Positions 30,805-41,530 of a stretch of DNA of 64,000 nt are shown in pieces. The notes beneath the pieces were generated by a model. The model was not told the origin of the DNA, ran no database searches, and worked only from the letters and a program-made list of their open reading frames with translations. Position numbers and translations under genes: made by a program. Numbering within the stretch: the stretch's first letter is position 1; every line of letters begins with the position of its first letter. Origin of the DNA: an uncultured Oscillospiraceae bacterium. GTDB lineage: Bacteria; Bacillota; Clostridia; Oscillospirales; Acutalibacteraceae. The stretch is from positions 1,153-65,152 of the forward strand of contig CAUFXR010000002.1 in NCBI GenBank assembly GCA_959596515.1, given 5' to 3'.

Positions 30805-32094
30805 ATGGTGAAAGCGATCGTAGGCGCCAACTGGGGCGACGAAGGCAAAGGAAAGATCACGGATGTAATGGCTGCGCAGTCGGACGTGGTAATCCGTTTT
30901 CAGGGCGGCAGCAATGCCGGTCACACCATTATCAATAATTATGGGAAATTCGCTCTGCATCAGCTTCCCTCGGGAGTATTTTACAACCATATTACGAATA
31001 TTATAGGTAATGGCGTCGCGTTCAGTGTTGAGAATTTTGTCAAGGAAATGAAATCTTTAAAGGACCGGGGCGTTCCGGAGCCTCATATTTTAATTTCTGA
31101 CCGGGCGCAAATCGTTATGCCTTATCACATTATGTTCGACGTGTATGAGGAGGAGAGGCTCTCTTCCAGAAAGTTTGGTTCGACTAAATCTGGCATCGCG
31201 CCGTTTTATGCGGATAAGGTGAGCAAAATTGGATTCCAGATTAACGAGCTGTACGATGATGAAGCCAGCCTGCGGGAAAAGGTGGCTCATGTTCTGGAAA
31301 TTAAAAACGCAACCCTGCAGAATCTTTACCATAAAGATCCTCTTTCTGTTGACGAGATCTTTGGAAAACTGATGGAGTACAAAGTGGCTATCGCTCCCTA
31401 TGTGGCGGATACTTTTGACTTTATGTATCATGCTATCCGGGAAGGTAAAAATATTTTGTTGGAAGGCCAGCTTGGTGCCTTAAAGGATACCGACTTCGGT
31501 ATTTATCCCATGGTAACCTCATCCAATACAATCGCGGGATACGGTGCGGTAGGCGGCAGCGGAATCCCTCCCTATGAGATCAAAGAGGTCATTACCGTAG
31601 TCAAGGCCTATTCCAGCGCGGTAGGAGCCGGTGAGTTTGTCAGCGAAATTTTTGGTGAGGAAGCGGATGAACTGCGGCGCAGAGGTGGCGACGGCGGAGA
31701 ATACGGTGCGACCACCGGCCGTCCCAGAAGAATGGGGTGGCTCGATTTGGTGGCAACCCGTTATGGATGCCGTGTACAGGGCACGACCTGTATTGCCTTT
31801 ACGGTGCTGGATGCCTTAGGTTATCTGGATGAGATTCCCGTTTGTGTAGGTTACGAGCTAGATGGCAAACGGATCGACTCGTTCCCGTCCACTACAAAGC
31901 TTAAGAGGGCGAAACCAATTCTGGAGGTCCTACCCGGCTGGAAATGCGATATTCGGGGCATTAAAAAATACGAGGATTTACCGGAGAACTGCAGAAGATA
32001 TGTGGAATTCGCGGAAAAAGAAATTGGTATCCCGATCGGTATTGTTTCCAATGGACCTTCTCGTGATGACATTATTTATAGAAATACGAAATAA
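30805..32094 (+). CDS. purA: Adenylosuccinate synthetase
   Basis: WGDEGKGK, GGSNAGHT, EYGATTGRPRR. Confidence 0.97.
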   Translation: MVKAIVGANWGDEGKGKITDVMAAQSDVVIRFQGGSNAGHTIINNYGKFALHQLPSGVFYNHITNIIGNGVAFSVENFVKEMKSLKDRGVPEPHILISDRAQIVMPYHIMFDVYEEERLSSRKFGSTKSGIAPFYADKVSKIGFQINELYDDEASLREKVAHVLEIKNATLQNLYHKDPLSVDEIFGKLMEYKVAIAPYVADTFDFMYHAIREGKNILLEGQLGALKDTDFGIYPMVTSSNTIAGYGAVGGSGIPPYEIKEVITVVKAYSSAVGAGEFVSEIFGEEADELRRRGGDGGEYGATTGRPRRMGWLDLVATRYGCRVQGTTCIAFTVLDALGYLDEIPVCVGYELDGKRIDSFPSTTKLKRAKPILEVLPGWKCDIRGIKKYEDLPENCRRYVEFAEKEIGIPIGIVSNGPSRDDIIYRNTK

Positions 32095-32143
32095 GATCTG
32101 ATGATATGTTGAGACAGAAATCAAGATATGAGGTGAAGTAATC

Positions 32144-33970
32144 TTGTGTGGAATCGTTGGCTATATCGGTTATGAACAGGCGGCTCCTCTTTTGCTAAAA
32201 GGATTGGAAAAGCTAGAATACCGTGGATATGACTCTGCCGGTATTGCTGTTTATGATGGTTCTGGTCTTGAAATTTATAAATCAAAAGGCCGTTTGAAAA
32301 TATTGAGCGATATGATCGAGGGTGGCACTAAAGTTAAGGGAACCGTTGGTATCGGCCATACCAGATGGGCTACTCACGGAGAGCCCTCGGATATTAACTC
32401 CCATCCCCAAGTGAGCGATTCTGGACGTTTCGCCGTAGTGCACAATGGTATCATCGAAAATTATATGTCCTTAAAAGAATATTTAATAAATCACGGTGTG
32501 GAATTTGTCTCCGAGACAGACACCGAAGTAATCGCTCAGCTGTTTGAGTACTATTATAACGGCGATATGCTGGACACCATGATCAAGGTTTTAACCAAGG
32601 TAGAGGGGTCCTATGCCATTGGCGTGATCAGCCAGGAACATCCAGATGAGCTGATTGCTGTGCGGAAAGACAGCCCTTTGATTGTGGGAATCGGGGAAGG
32701 GGAAAACTTTATCGCATCAGATATTCCCGCGATTTTGTCTCACACCCGCAATATTTACCGATTAGAGGATAATGAGATCGTGACGCTGAAGGCGGACAGC
32801 ATTACCGTTTACAATATGGAAAAAGAGGTTATCTCCAAAACGCCGTTTCATGTAGACTGGGATGTTTCCGCAGCAGAAAAGGGCGGCTACGAGCATTTCA
32901 TGTTCAAGGAAATTATGGAGCAGCCGGAAGCGATTCGGAAAACCATCAGCCCGCGTCTCAAAAACGGAAAAATCATTCTGGACGATGTGTCACTTTCCCA
33001 GGAAGATTTACAAAAAATCAGTAAAATCGTGGTTTTGGCCTGCGGCTCTGCCTATCATGTGGGAATGAATGCGAAATATATCTTAGAAAAAGTCGCGCGG
33101 ATTCCCGTAGAAGTTGATTTAGCCTCTGAGTTCCGGTATCGCGATCCCATTATTGACGAGAGCGTTTTGGTCCTGGTTATCAGCCAGTCTGGTGAAACCG
33201 CTGATACTTTGGCGGCTTTGCGAGAAGCCAGGCGTTTAGGGGCTCGAGTTCTCTCGATTGTAAATGTAGTTGGCAGTTCTATCGCCAATGATTCTGACGA
33301 TGTCCTTTATACCTGGGCTGGTCCCGAAATTGCCGTGGCCACCACAAAAGCATACAGTACCCAATTGGCTGTGGTGTATTTATTGGCCCTTTACATGGGG
33401 GAAAAGCGAAATACCATTACACAGGAACAGCTAGAACGATATGTGAAAGGGCTGGAGGCTCTTCCGGATCAGATTCAGCAGATTTTGGATCATCAGGAAA
33501 CAATTCAATATTTAGCTTCTAAATATTTTAATTCCAGAGATATTTTCTTTATCGGTAGAAATCTGGATTATTCCATGTCATTGGAGGGATCTCTTAAGTT
33601 AAAAGAGATTTCCTATATTCATTCTGAGGCGTATGCCGCCGGAGAATTAAAGCATGGAACAATTTCGTTAATTGAAGAAGGAACTTTGGTGGTCTCTTTG
33701 GCTACGCAAGACATGTTGTTTGATAAGATGATGAGTAATGTCAAAGAAGTGAAAGCCAGGGGCGCTGTCGTTTTGGGCTTGACCACCGAAAAGCATAAGG
33801 AAATCGAGAAAACTGCGGATTATGTGTTTTATATTCCCGGCACTGAAGATATTCTTCTGCCTTCTTTGGCGGTAGTACCGTTGCAGCTTTTCGCATATTA
33901 TGTGGCTTCTATGAAAGGCTGCGATATTGATAAGCCTAGAAATTTAGCAAAATCCGTAACTGTTGAGTAA
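32144..33970 (+). CDS. glmS: Glutamine-fructose-6-phosphate aminotransferase
   Basis: [35 protein letters not shown]. Confidence 0.98.
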   Translation: MCGIVGYIGYEQAAPLLLKGLEKLEYRGYDSAGIAVYDGSGLEIYKSKGRLKILSDMIEGGTKVKGTVGIGHTRWATHGEPSDINSHPQVSDSGRFAVVHNGIIENYMSLKEYLINHGVEFVSETDTEVIAQLFEYYYNGDMLDTMIKVLTKVEGSYAIGVISQEHPDELIAVRKDSPLIVGIGEGENFIASDIPAILSHTRNIYRLEDNEIVTLKADSITVYNMEKEVISKTPFHVDWDVSAAEKGGYEHFMFKEIMEQPEAIRKTISPRLKNGKIILDDVSLSQEDLQKISKIVVLACGSAYHVGMNAKYILEKVARIPVEVDLASEFRYRDPIIDESVLVLVISQSGETADTLAALREARRLGARVLSIVNVVGSSIANDSDDVLYTWAGPEIAVATTKAYSTQLAVVYLLALYMGEKRNTITQEQLERYVKGLEALPDQIQQILDHQETIQYLASKYFNSRDIFFIGRNLDYSMSLEGSLKLKEISYIHSEAYAAGELKHGTISLIEEGTLVVSLATQDMLFDKMMSNVKEVKARGAVVLGLTTEKHKEIEKTADYVFYIPGTEDILLPSLAVVPLQLFAYYVASMKGCDIDKPRNLAKSVTVE

Positions 33971-33977
33971 GAGAGGA

Positions 33978-35525
33978 ATGTCGAAATTGTTGGGAAATGA
34001 AGCGATCCTAATTTTAGATTTTGGCGCTCAATACAGCCAACTCATTGCCCGGCGAGTCCGGGATTTGAATGTGTTTTGCGAAATAAAGTCCTATCAGACC
34101 TCTGCGGCCGAAATCGCAAAAAACGGCTATAAAGGAATCATTTTTTCCGGCGGCCCAAACAGTGTTTACGCCGAAAAGGCCCTCCGTTGTGATCTCGGTA
34201 TATTCTCTTTGGGAATTCCGGTTCTAGGTATCTGTTACGGCGCACAATTAATGGCTCACCTTTTAGGTGGTACCGTTCAACAGTCAGATGCTAGGGAATA
34301 CGGTAATACTGTGGTTCATCTGGAAACGAATTCCCCGGTGTTCTTCGGTGCACAGCCAGAAAATATTTGCTGGATGAGCCATACTGACTATATTTCGAAA
34401 GCGCCTGAAGGCTTCTGTGTGATTGCTAAAACAGACGGTTGTCCGGTCGCCGCAATGGAAAACCGGGGAAAAAAATTGTATGCGTTTCAATTTCATCCGG
34501 AGGTAGAGCATTCCCGAGAAGGAAATCTATATTTAAAGAATTTCCTCTATAATGTTTGCGGATGCAAAGGCGACTGGGTTATGTCCTCGTTTGTCACGGA
34601 TACCATTCAAAATCTAAGAAAAAAGATCGGCGATAAAAAGGTCCTTTGTGCATTATCTGGCGGTGTAGATTCTTCCGTGGCTGCGTTATTAGTCCACAAG
34701 GCGGTAGGCAAGCAATTAACTTGTATTTTTGTGGATCACGGTTTGCTGCGCAAAGATGAGGGAGATCAGGTAGAAACTGTATTCCGTAAGCAATTCGACA
34801 TGAATCTGATTCGTGTCAATGTGAAAGACCGGTTCTTATCGAAATTAGCCGGGGTATCTGAGCCGGAAAAGAAGCGTAAAATTATCGGTGAGGAATTTAT
34901 TCGGGTTTTTGAAGAGGAGTCTCAAAAACTTGGAAAAATTGAATTTTTGTGCCAGGGTACCATCTATCCGGATGTGGTAGAAAGCGGCGTAGGGGAAGCC
35001 GCTGTAATTAAAAGCCATCACAATGTAGGAGGATTACCTAAGGATGTTGGGTTTGAGGGAATTATTGAGCCCTTGCGTGACCTGTTTAAGGATGAGGTCC
35101 GTCGAGCTGGCTTGGAACTGGGAATTCCAGGTCCATTGGTATGGCGGCAGCCTTTTCCGGGTCCAGGACTTGCGATCCGGATTATGGGAGATATTACCGA
35201 CGAAAAGTTAGAGATTTTAAAAGATGCAGACGCTATTTTTCGTGAGGAAATCGCTGCTGCTGGATTGGATCGAAAGATTAACCAGTATTTTGCGGTACTG
35301 ACTGGAATAAAAAGCGTAGGTGTAATGGGCGATGGAAGAACCTATGATAATACCATTGCCCTTAGAGGTGTTACAACCTCTGATTTTATGACGGCGGATT
35401 GGGCTAGAATTCCTTATGAAGTTTTAGAGAAGGTTTCCAATCGCATTATCAATGAGGTTAACAATGTGAATCGGGTGGTTTATGATATCACCTCTAAACC
35501 TCCAGCTACCATCGAGTGGGAGTGA
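33978..35525 (+). CDS. guaA: GMP synthase (glutamine-hydrolysing)
   Basis: [45 protein letters not shown]; exact start uncertain. Confidence 0.97.
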   Translation: MSKLLGNEAILILDFGAQYSQLIARRVRDLNVFCEIKSYQTSAAEIAKNGYKGIIFSGGPNSVYAEKALRCDLGIFSLGIPVLGICYGAQLMAHLLGGTVQQSDAREYGNTVVHLETNSPVFFGAQPENICWMSHTDYISKAPEGFCVIAKTDGCPVAAMENRGKKLYAFQFHPEVEHSREGNLYLKNFLYNVCGCKGDWVMSSFVTDTIQNLRKKIGDKKVLCALSGGVDSSVAALLVHKAVGKQLTCIFVDHGLLRKDEGDQVETVFRKQFDMNLIRVNVKDRFLSKLAGVSEPEKKRKIIGEEFIRVFEEESQKLGKIEFLCQGTIYPDVVESGVGEAAVIKSHHNVGGLPKDVGFEGIIEPLRDLFKDEVRRAGLELGIPGPLVWRQPFPGPGLAIRIMGDITDEKLEILKDADAIFREEIAAAGLDRKINQYFAVLTGIKSVGVMGDGRTYDNTIALRGVTTSDFMTADWARIPYEVLEKVSNRIINEVNNVNRVVYDITSKPPATIEWE

Positions 35526-35577
35526 TGACTCTCGGCTGAGATGTGCTTAAAAAGCCAGTATTTATGCGGGTTTGCGG
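35513..35577 (+). repeat. attL-like end including the guaA 3' core; 65-bp perfect direct repeat of 41657-41721
   Basis: CGAGTGGGAGTGATGACTCTCGGC...GGGTTTGCGG identical in both places; followed by TTGCAACA boxes at 35604, 35615, 35643. Confidence 0.93.
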
Positions 35578-35801
35578 ACATTACCCAAATGGTTAAATTG
35601 TTTTTGCAACATTTTTGCAACACCTTGAAAGCAAAAAGTATTTTGCAACAGATGAAATAATGATAAGTGGCTTTGAAGTAAAGCCATAAATACGATCAGG
35701 ACTTCAACCATAAAAAGTTGGAGTCCTTTTTTATTGTGAGAGGCATAATTGAAATTTTAGTATCTTTTTTGTATAGTGATGGTAGTCAGGAGGTGTGGCA
35801 G

Positions 35802-36980
35802 ATGAAACAAAAAGACTACCATATTTATTTAGATGAACAAGAACGCTGGCAGATTATACAATCTCTTATTGACCTTAAAAACGCTCTTATAGCACAAGGC
35901 AGATATACAGACGCAGTAGATGATGTTCTCTGTAAATTCTTCAAAGCAAAGCAGAAGAAGATCAAGGTATTTGACGAGATGATTATGGATGTAAATACCG
36001 ACTATTTTGAACAGAACGGCGGCTATGAATATGCCTGCCGATTCTATGAAGAAGCTTTCCATTTTGCAGAAAAACTTTACGGTAAAGACAATATTGTATC
36101 TGCTGTAATGCACGCTGACGAACTGAATACAGCAATGACCGAAAAGTACGGCAGACCGATTTACCACTACCATCTGCATATTATGGCGCTGCCGGTGGTA
36201 GATAAAGAGGTGCGCTGGACGAAACGATGTAAAGATCCTAAGCTGGTTGGAAAGGTGAAAGAGGTCATTCATCAAGTGAGTCATTCAAAGAAATGGAAGT
36301 CAGAAAAGGCTCTTGATGAAAACGGAAATCCGATTCTGAACAGCAAGGGGAAGCAAGTCTATCACACTTCCTACAGCATATTGCAGGACAAGTTTTATGA
36401 ATATATGCAGGAAGCAGGCTTTAACGGATTCAGCCGTGGAGAGCGTGGAAGTACTGCTGAAAACTTAGCTTCACTTGAATTTAAAATCAAGAAAGACAAA
36501 GAGAAACTATCACATCTTCAAGAAAAAATCGCTGGAGAACAGGTACGGTACGAAGAAAATCACAATGCCTTTATGACCTTTAATGAGATTGACAATTCAG
36601 GCAAAAAGTCTTTTACGGGCAAATATACCGTGTCGGCTGATGACTACGAGAAGCTGACAACCCTTGCGAAACAAAGCTACTCAGCGGTATCTGAAGCAAA
36701 GAAATTACAGGAAGAAAATCAGTATCTAACAAGGCAGATATGGTCATTACAGTCGGAAGTTTCACGGCTTAAAACCGCATTATCTGAGCTGACGGAAAAG
36801 TGCAGACCGTATCTTGAAGCGTTAAAAGCGGCACCTAAAGCGGTCAAAGAATTTATTGACGGTATCATTGAGAGATTCAAAAAACAGGAAAAAAGCATTT
36901 ATTATGAGCCAATTCCTGCACCAAAAATACAGTCACAAGAGCGTGAAAAACGCTTTAGAAAAAAAGATTATGAAAGGTAG
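35802..36980 (+). pseudogene. In-frame chimera: 56 aa of small element protein fused to N-terminally truncated MobV/Pre relaxase
   Basis: Residues 1-56 match the 59-aa ORF at 41970; after KKIKV (~35969) the sequence is FDEMIMDVNT...AVMHADE...YHYHLH (MobV HxDE..HxH) plus coiled coil. Confidence 0.8.
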
Positions 36981-36989
36981 GAAAACAAA

Positions 36990-37370
36990 ATGACAAAGAC
37001 GATTTTTGAAGAAATGGGCGGGACTTATGTACGGCAGGGAGATTATGATCTCCCTTGCCTGTCCTTACCCACCGAAAAAGAAAACAAGCCTATTGGAGTA
37101 TGGGGACAGCGGCACCTGCGCTATCTCAAACAGCACCGCAAGGTGCTTTACACCAATCTGCTCACAATTGGCAAGTTGAACAGTTATCTTGCAGATATTG
37201 ACGAGCAGGCCGAAGATATGTTTCTTCTGCTGGTAGAACAGATGGCAGAGCGTGAAGGCGTGACTGAGCAGCTAAAAGCAGAAAATCAGATGGAATGGGT
37301 TTGCAGGATGAACAACATTCGCAGTAGAGTGGCGGAGATTGTAAATGCCGTGTTGATTTTCAAGAGATAA
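36990..37370 (+). CDS. tnpV: TnpV family protein
   Basis: FEEMGGTY..GDY.LP.L, IGVWGQRHLRYLK, LKAENQMEWV..MNNI. Confidence 0.88.
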   Translation: MTKTIFEEMGGTYVRQGDYDLPCLSLPTEKENKPIGVWGQRHLRYLKQHRKVLYTNLLTIGKLNSYLADIDEQAEDMFLLLVEQMAEREGVTEQLKAENQMEWVCRMNNIRSRVAEIVNAVLIFKR

Positions 37371-37454
37371 TCAGAGAGTGTCGCAGGTAAAACAGGTTTA
37401 TCTGCGGCACTTTGTTTTCTGGGAACAAACAGGTATCTTTTTTTACCCATTCCA

Positions 37455-37483
37455 TTGCTTTTTTGCTGCGATCGTGCTATAAT
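37455..37483 (+). promoter_or_regulatory. SigA promoter of the RM operon
   Basis: TTGCTT-17 bp-TATAAT with TG extension. Confidence 0.8.
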
Positions 37484-37525
37484 AGGGATAAATCAGGTAT
37501 TATTTCTTTCCCAGGAGGGATTTGC

Positions 37526-38692
37526 ATGGCAAAACAGATTCATATAAGAATTGATGATGATACATATGAAGAGTTAAACAATTATTCTACTGTGAGCAGT
37601 CAGACCATTCAGGATTGTATGCTGGTTGCTATCAGACAGCTTTTGATTAAAGCGAAGGAAGAACCCGGCAAGAATCTTGATGGTTATACCTTTATAGATT
37701 TATTTGCTGGTATTGGTGGTATGCGTATCGCTTTTGAAGCTGCCGGAGCCCAATGTGTGTATTCCAACGAGTGGAACAAATACAGCCAGCAGACTTATTA
37801 TGCAAACTTCGGCGTTCAGCCTGATGGTGATATTACGAAAGTCCCGGCAGAAAATATTCCTGATCATGATATACTTGTTGCCGGGTTCCCCTGTCAGCCT
37901 TTTTCAATTGCCGGGGTATCCAAGAAAAACAGTCTTGGTCGTGCAACCGGTTTTGAAGATAAAACACAGGGTACGCTTTTCTTTGATATATGTCGTATTC
38001 TGAAAGCAAAACGACCCAAAGCGTTTATGCTGGAAAATGTAAAAAACCTTTGCAGCCACGACAGAGGAAGAACATTTAAGGTTATTCAGGAATCCCTTGC
38101 GGAGTTGAACTATAAAATTTTTTATCAGGTTATCGATGGACAGGGTTATGTTCCTCAGCACAGGGAACGAATTGTAATTGTCGGTTTTGATATGTTGCGC
38201 TATGGAAACGATATTGATTTTCATTTCGAGCTGCATCCGCTGAAAAGACAACCTGTATTAAGAGATATTCTTGAATCAAAAGTCGACAGCAAATATACCC
38301 TGTCTGATAAATTGTGGACTTATCTGCAAAACTATGCTGCGAAACACAGAGAGGCAGGAAATGGCTTCGGTTACGGTATTGCGCCGCCTGATGGGATTTC
38401 CCGGACGATGAGCGCACGCTATTATAAGGACGGATCGGAAATCCTGATTGAACAGAAAGGGAAAAATCCACGCCGTCTGACTCCGAGAGAGTGCGCAAGG
38501 CTTCAGGGATTCCCGGATACTTTCAAAATCCCGGTTTCAGACACGCAGGCATATAAACAGTTCGGAAATTCTGTTGTCGTTCCATTGATGACGGAAGTTG
38601 CAAAACTGGTTGTTACACGATTGGTGCAGCTTGATGATGCACAGAAGATCAAGAAGAACTTTGAAGGAATATCGCAAAGGCAGGTGATATGA
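37526..38692 (+). CDS. dcm: Dcm/M.EcoRII-like C5-cytosine methyltransferase with N-terminal RHH-like extension
   Basis: FIDLFAGIGG, GFPCQPFSIAGVSKKNSLGR, ENVKNL, SARYYKDGSEILI, YKQFGNSVVVP; RBS AGGAGG. Confidence 0.92.
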   Translation: MAKQIHIRIDDDTYEELNNYSTVSSQTIQDCMLVAIRQLLIKAKEEPGKNLDGYTFIDLFAGIGGMRIAFEAAGAQCVYSNEWNKYSQQTYYANFGVQPDGDITKVPAENIPDHDILVAGFPCQPFSIAGVSKKNSLGRATGFEDKTQGTLFFDICRILKAKRPKAFMLENVKNLCSHDRGRTFKVIQESLAELNYKIFYQVIDGQGYVPQHRERIVIVGFDMLRYGNDIDFHFELHPLKRQPVLRDILESKVDSKYTLSDKLWTYLQNYAAKHREAGNGFGYGIAPPDGISRTMSARYYKDGSEILIEQKGKNPRRLTPRECARLQGFPDTFKIPVSDTQAYKQFGNSVVVPLMTEVAKLVVTRLVQLDDAQKIKKNFEGISQRQVI

Positions 38693-38693
38693 A

Positions 38694-39872
38694 GTGCCGG
38701 ACAGTTATGCCGTACAGGCGATTCAGGCTGTACTCAACAGTCGGAAAGCATATTGTAAGTTTCTCTCTGCTAATGATACCGGGTTGACCGGTGGTCATCA
38801 GGCTGGCATTTATATTGCCAAACCGTCTGTTCCCATTCTGTTTGATGAGCCGGGAATCAAGGGCGAGAACAAGGAAAAATGGGTAAAGGTCAAATGGCAG
38901 GATGACATTGAAACAGATACCCGCTTTATTTATTACGGTCAGGGAACAAGAAATGAATACAGAATTACTAATTTCGGCCGGGGATTTCCTTTTCTGCGAC
39001 CGGAATATACCGGTGCTCTATTCATCTTTACAAAATGCAGTGATGAGTATTATCAGGCATATATCCTGAATTCCGAAGATGATATTGACCAGTTCCTTGA
39101 TGCTTTTGGCATCGGGCCAACCGAAACAAACAGGCTGATTGATACCGATCAGGTGCAGACTGAAACACGGGAACAACTGGCAATTCAGGAGTTTATTTCA
39201 GGCCTGACTGTTGATTTCCCATTGTCCGAAGAGATGTCAGCGGCAGCACGCAACATTCAGAACAGCGTCTATAACCATTTGGAATATATCAGAACGAATC
39301 CAGATCGAAAAATCATTGAATGGACAAATACAGAATATGCCCTGTTCAGAGCGATTGAACATGCCCGTTATGGAGAGACAATTTCCCGTGGCTTTGATTC
39401 TGTTGATTCCTTTATTACGATGGCAAACATGGTTTTGAATCGTCGCAAAAGTCGTGCTGGAAAAAGCCTTGAACATCATCTGTCTGCCATCTTTGACGGA
39501 AACAGTATTTTGTATTCCGCACAGGCAGTAACGGAAGGAAACAAAAAGCCAGATTTTATCTTTCCTTCGCAGGAGGCGTACCACAATGCGACTTTTCCAA
39601 CAGACAGATTGATTTCTCTTGCAGCAAAAACAACCTGTAAGGATCGATGGAGGCAGGTAATCAACGAAGCTGATCGGCTGCGGGACAGACCTAAATATCT
39701 CTGCACTCTTCAACAGGGGATTTCTCCTGCACAGATGGATGAAATGCAGAGTGAAAATGTAATTCTTGTTGTTCCAAAACCGTACATCTCATCCTATCCG
39801 GCAGATCGTCAGGACAGGATATGGACGCTTTCCCAATTTGTGAACTATGTGCGGGAAGTGGAGGCTCTTTGA
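38694..39872 (+). CDS. EcoRII-family type IIE restriction endonuclease
   Basis: N-terminal LSANDTGLTGGHQAG, C-terminal NRRKSRAGKSLE, KPDFIFP, KTTCKDRWRQV. Confidence 0.92.
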   Translation: MPDSYAVQAIQAVLNSRKAYCKFLSANDTGLTGGHQAGIYIAKPSVPILFDEPGIKGENKEKWVKVKWQDDIETDTRFIYYGQGTRNEYRITNFGRGFPFLRPEYTGALFIFTKCSDEYYQAYILNSEDDIDQFLDAFGIGPTETNRLIDTDQVQTETREQLAIQEFISGLTVDFPLSEEMSAAARNIQNSVYNHLEYIRTNPDRKIIEWTNTEYALFRAIEHARYGETISRGFDSVDSFITMANMVLNRRKSRAGKSLEHHLSAIFDGNSILYSAQAVTEGNKKPDFIFPSQEAYHNATFPTDRLISLAAKTTCKDRWRQVINEADRLRDRPKYLCTLQQGISPAQMDEMQSENVILVVPKPYISSYPADRQDRIWTLSQFVNYVREVEAL

Positions 39873-40324
39873 TGGCTGATATCCTTTCACCTGAACAACG
39901 GAGCAGAAACATGGCGGCAATCCGATCCAAAAACACGAAGTCGGAAATATATTTTCGGAAGCTTCTGTTTGCAAGAGGATACCGTTACCACATATCGGAA
40001 AAAAGCGTCCAAGGACATCCCGATATCTTTTTGAACAAATATAATACGGCCATCTTTGTTCATGGGTGTTTCTGGCATCGTCATCAGGGGTGCAAATATG
40101 CATATATGCCAAAGTCAAGGCAGGAGTTCTGGCAAAGGAAATTTGACGATAATGTCAGGCGAGATCAAATCGTAAAAGATGAATTACAGAAGCAAAATAT
40201 CAAATGTCTGATTGTGTGGGAGTGTACGATTAGGAAGATGATGAAAAATCTGGAAACAGAAAGTTGTATCATTGAAAAATGTATAGATTTTATGCTTTCA
40301 GATGAGAAAATACTTGAGATATAG
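39872..40324 (+). CDS. vsr: Very short patch repair endonuclease
   Basis: RSRNMAAIRSKNT, GHPDI, FVHGCFWHRH, IVWEC; TGATG overlap with the REase stop. Confidence 0.93.
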   Translation: MADILSPEQRSRNMAAIRSKNTKSEIYFRKLLFARGYRYHISEKSVQGHPDIFLNKYNTAIFVHGCFWHRHQGCKYAYMPKSRQEFWQRKFDDNVRRDQIVKDELQKQNIKCLIVWECTIRKMMKNLETESCIIEKCIDFMLSDEKILEI

Positions 40325-40338
40325 GAAAGGATTAAACT

Positions 40339-41400
40339 ATGTATGCTAACAGAATCGAATTATATCAAAAATTAGAAGAAAACTTGGGTAGTAAAGTGCT
40401 TGTATATATTACAAGTGATCGTGCTGGTTTCGAAGCAAATATTGCACAAGATGTTATTGATCTATTTATTAATCAATTAGACAACATCGGTATTCAACAA
40501 AAAATCTCACTGTATTTGTATACCAGAGGAGGAGATACTGCTGCTGCTTGGAATATTGTTAATCTTTTGCGGCAATACTGTGATGAACTAGAGGTCGTAA
40601 TTCCCCATAAAGCACATAGTGCAGGAACATTAATAAGTATTGGTGCAAATTCTATTATAATGACTAAGCAAGCTACATTAGGACCAATTGATCCAAGTGT
40701 AAATACTCCGTTGAACCCTCCTATTCCTAATGCTCCGCCTCAAAATAACTATCCTGTAAGTGTTGAAGCGGTCAAAGGATATCTTGCTTTTGCAAAAGAA
40801 GAACTGTCAATCAAAGAAGATATTGCTTTATCTAACATTATGATTAAGCTGTCAGAGTATGTCCATCCGCTTGTGTTGGGTCAAGTCTATAGAGCACGAG
40901 CACAGATAAAAATGTTGGCAGAGAAATTGTTGACAAATCAAGTGACAGATAACGCAAAAATTAAAGATATTATTTCTTTCCTTTGTAGTGATTCTGGTAG
41001 TCATGACTATACCATTAATAGAAGAGAAGCAAAAGATACACTTGGTTTGAATGTAAGAAAACCAGATGACAAACTTTATTCTATTATCAAAAGTATATAT
41101 GATGATATTAGCGCAGAATTAGGGTTTGGGCTTCCGTTTGATCCAATGGCAGTGTCAAAAATCAACGGTGGCACATATAGTGTTACCAGAGCTTTAATCG
41201 AGAGTATTGATGGAGGTTGCGACTCTTTTGTTACTGAAGGGGTTATCAAGCAAGTAACTGTTTCTGGTGTTCCAGGGCAAGCACCACAACAAGCTATCCA
41301 GACAACCAAAACATTCGAGGGGTGGAAACATGAAACAATTAACACCATTAGCGATACAACAATTATTACTGACAGAACAACGGAATCTACAAGTAATTAA
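40339..41400 (+). CDS. SDH-family Clp-fold serine protease (SDH_sah/S49-like)
   Basis: LYLYTRGG, AHSAGTL (nucleophile Ser), LGPIDP, DSGSHDYTI.R.EA; AT-rich. Confidence 0.82.
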   Translation: MYANRIELYQKLEENLGSKVLVYITSDRAGFEANIAQDVIDLFINQLDNIGIQQKISLYLYTRGGDTAAAWNIVNLLRQYCDELEVVIPHKAHSAGTLISIGANSIIMTKQATLGPIDPSVNTPLNPPIPNAPPQNNYPVSVEAVKGYLAFAKEELSIKEDIALSNIMIKLSEYVHPLVLGQVYRARAQIKMLAEKLLTNQVTDNAKIKDIISFLCSDSGSHDYTINRREAKDTLGLNVRKPDDKLYSIIKSIYDDISAELGFGLPFDPMAVSKINGGTYSVTRALIESIDGGCDSFVTEGVIKQVTVSGVPGQAPQQAIQTTKTFEGWKHETINTISDTTIITDRTTESTSN

Positions 41401-41530
41401 TGCAGGTTGTGTAGCGTCTATTCGATCTGGATACGCCAACTATAGTCGCAATTCAACAACCAATGATACTAATGCACTTATAAACTTGCTTGAAGATTTG
41501 ATTATTATTGAGCCGTCTGTGCAGGATTAA
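41330..41530 (+). CDS. Hypothetical 66-aa protein overlapping the protease 3' end
   Basis: ATG 41330 after GAGGGGTGG; MKQLTPLAIQQLLLTEQ...IIIEPSVQD; stop ends just before the right-end arm repeats. Confidence 0.5.
   Translation: MKQLTPLAIQQLLLTEQRNLQVINAGCVASIRSGYANYSRNSTTNDTNALINLLEDLIIIEPSVQD

Noticed and set aside
32095..32143. glmS ribozyme
   Set aside because: The intergenic gap is only 49 bp.
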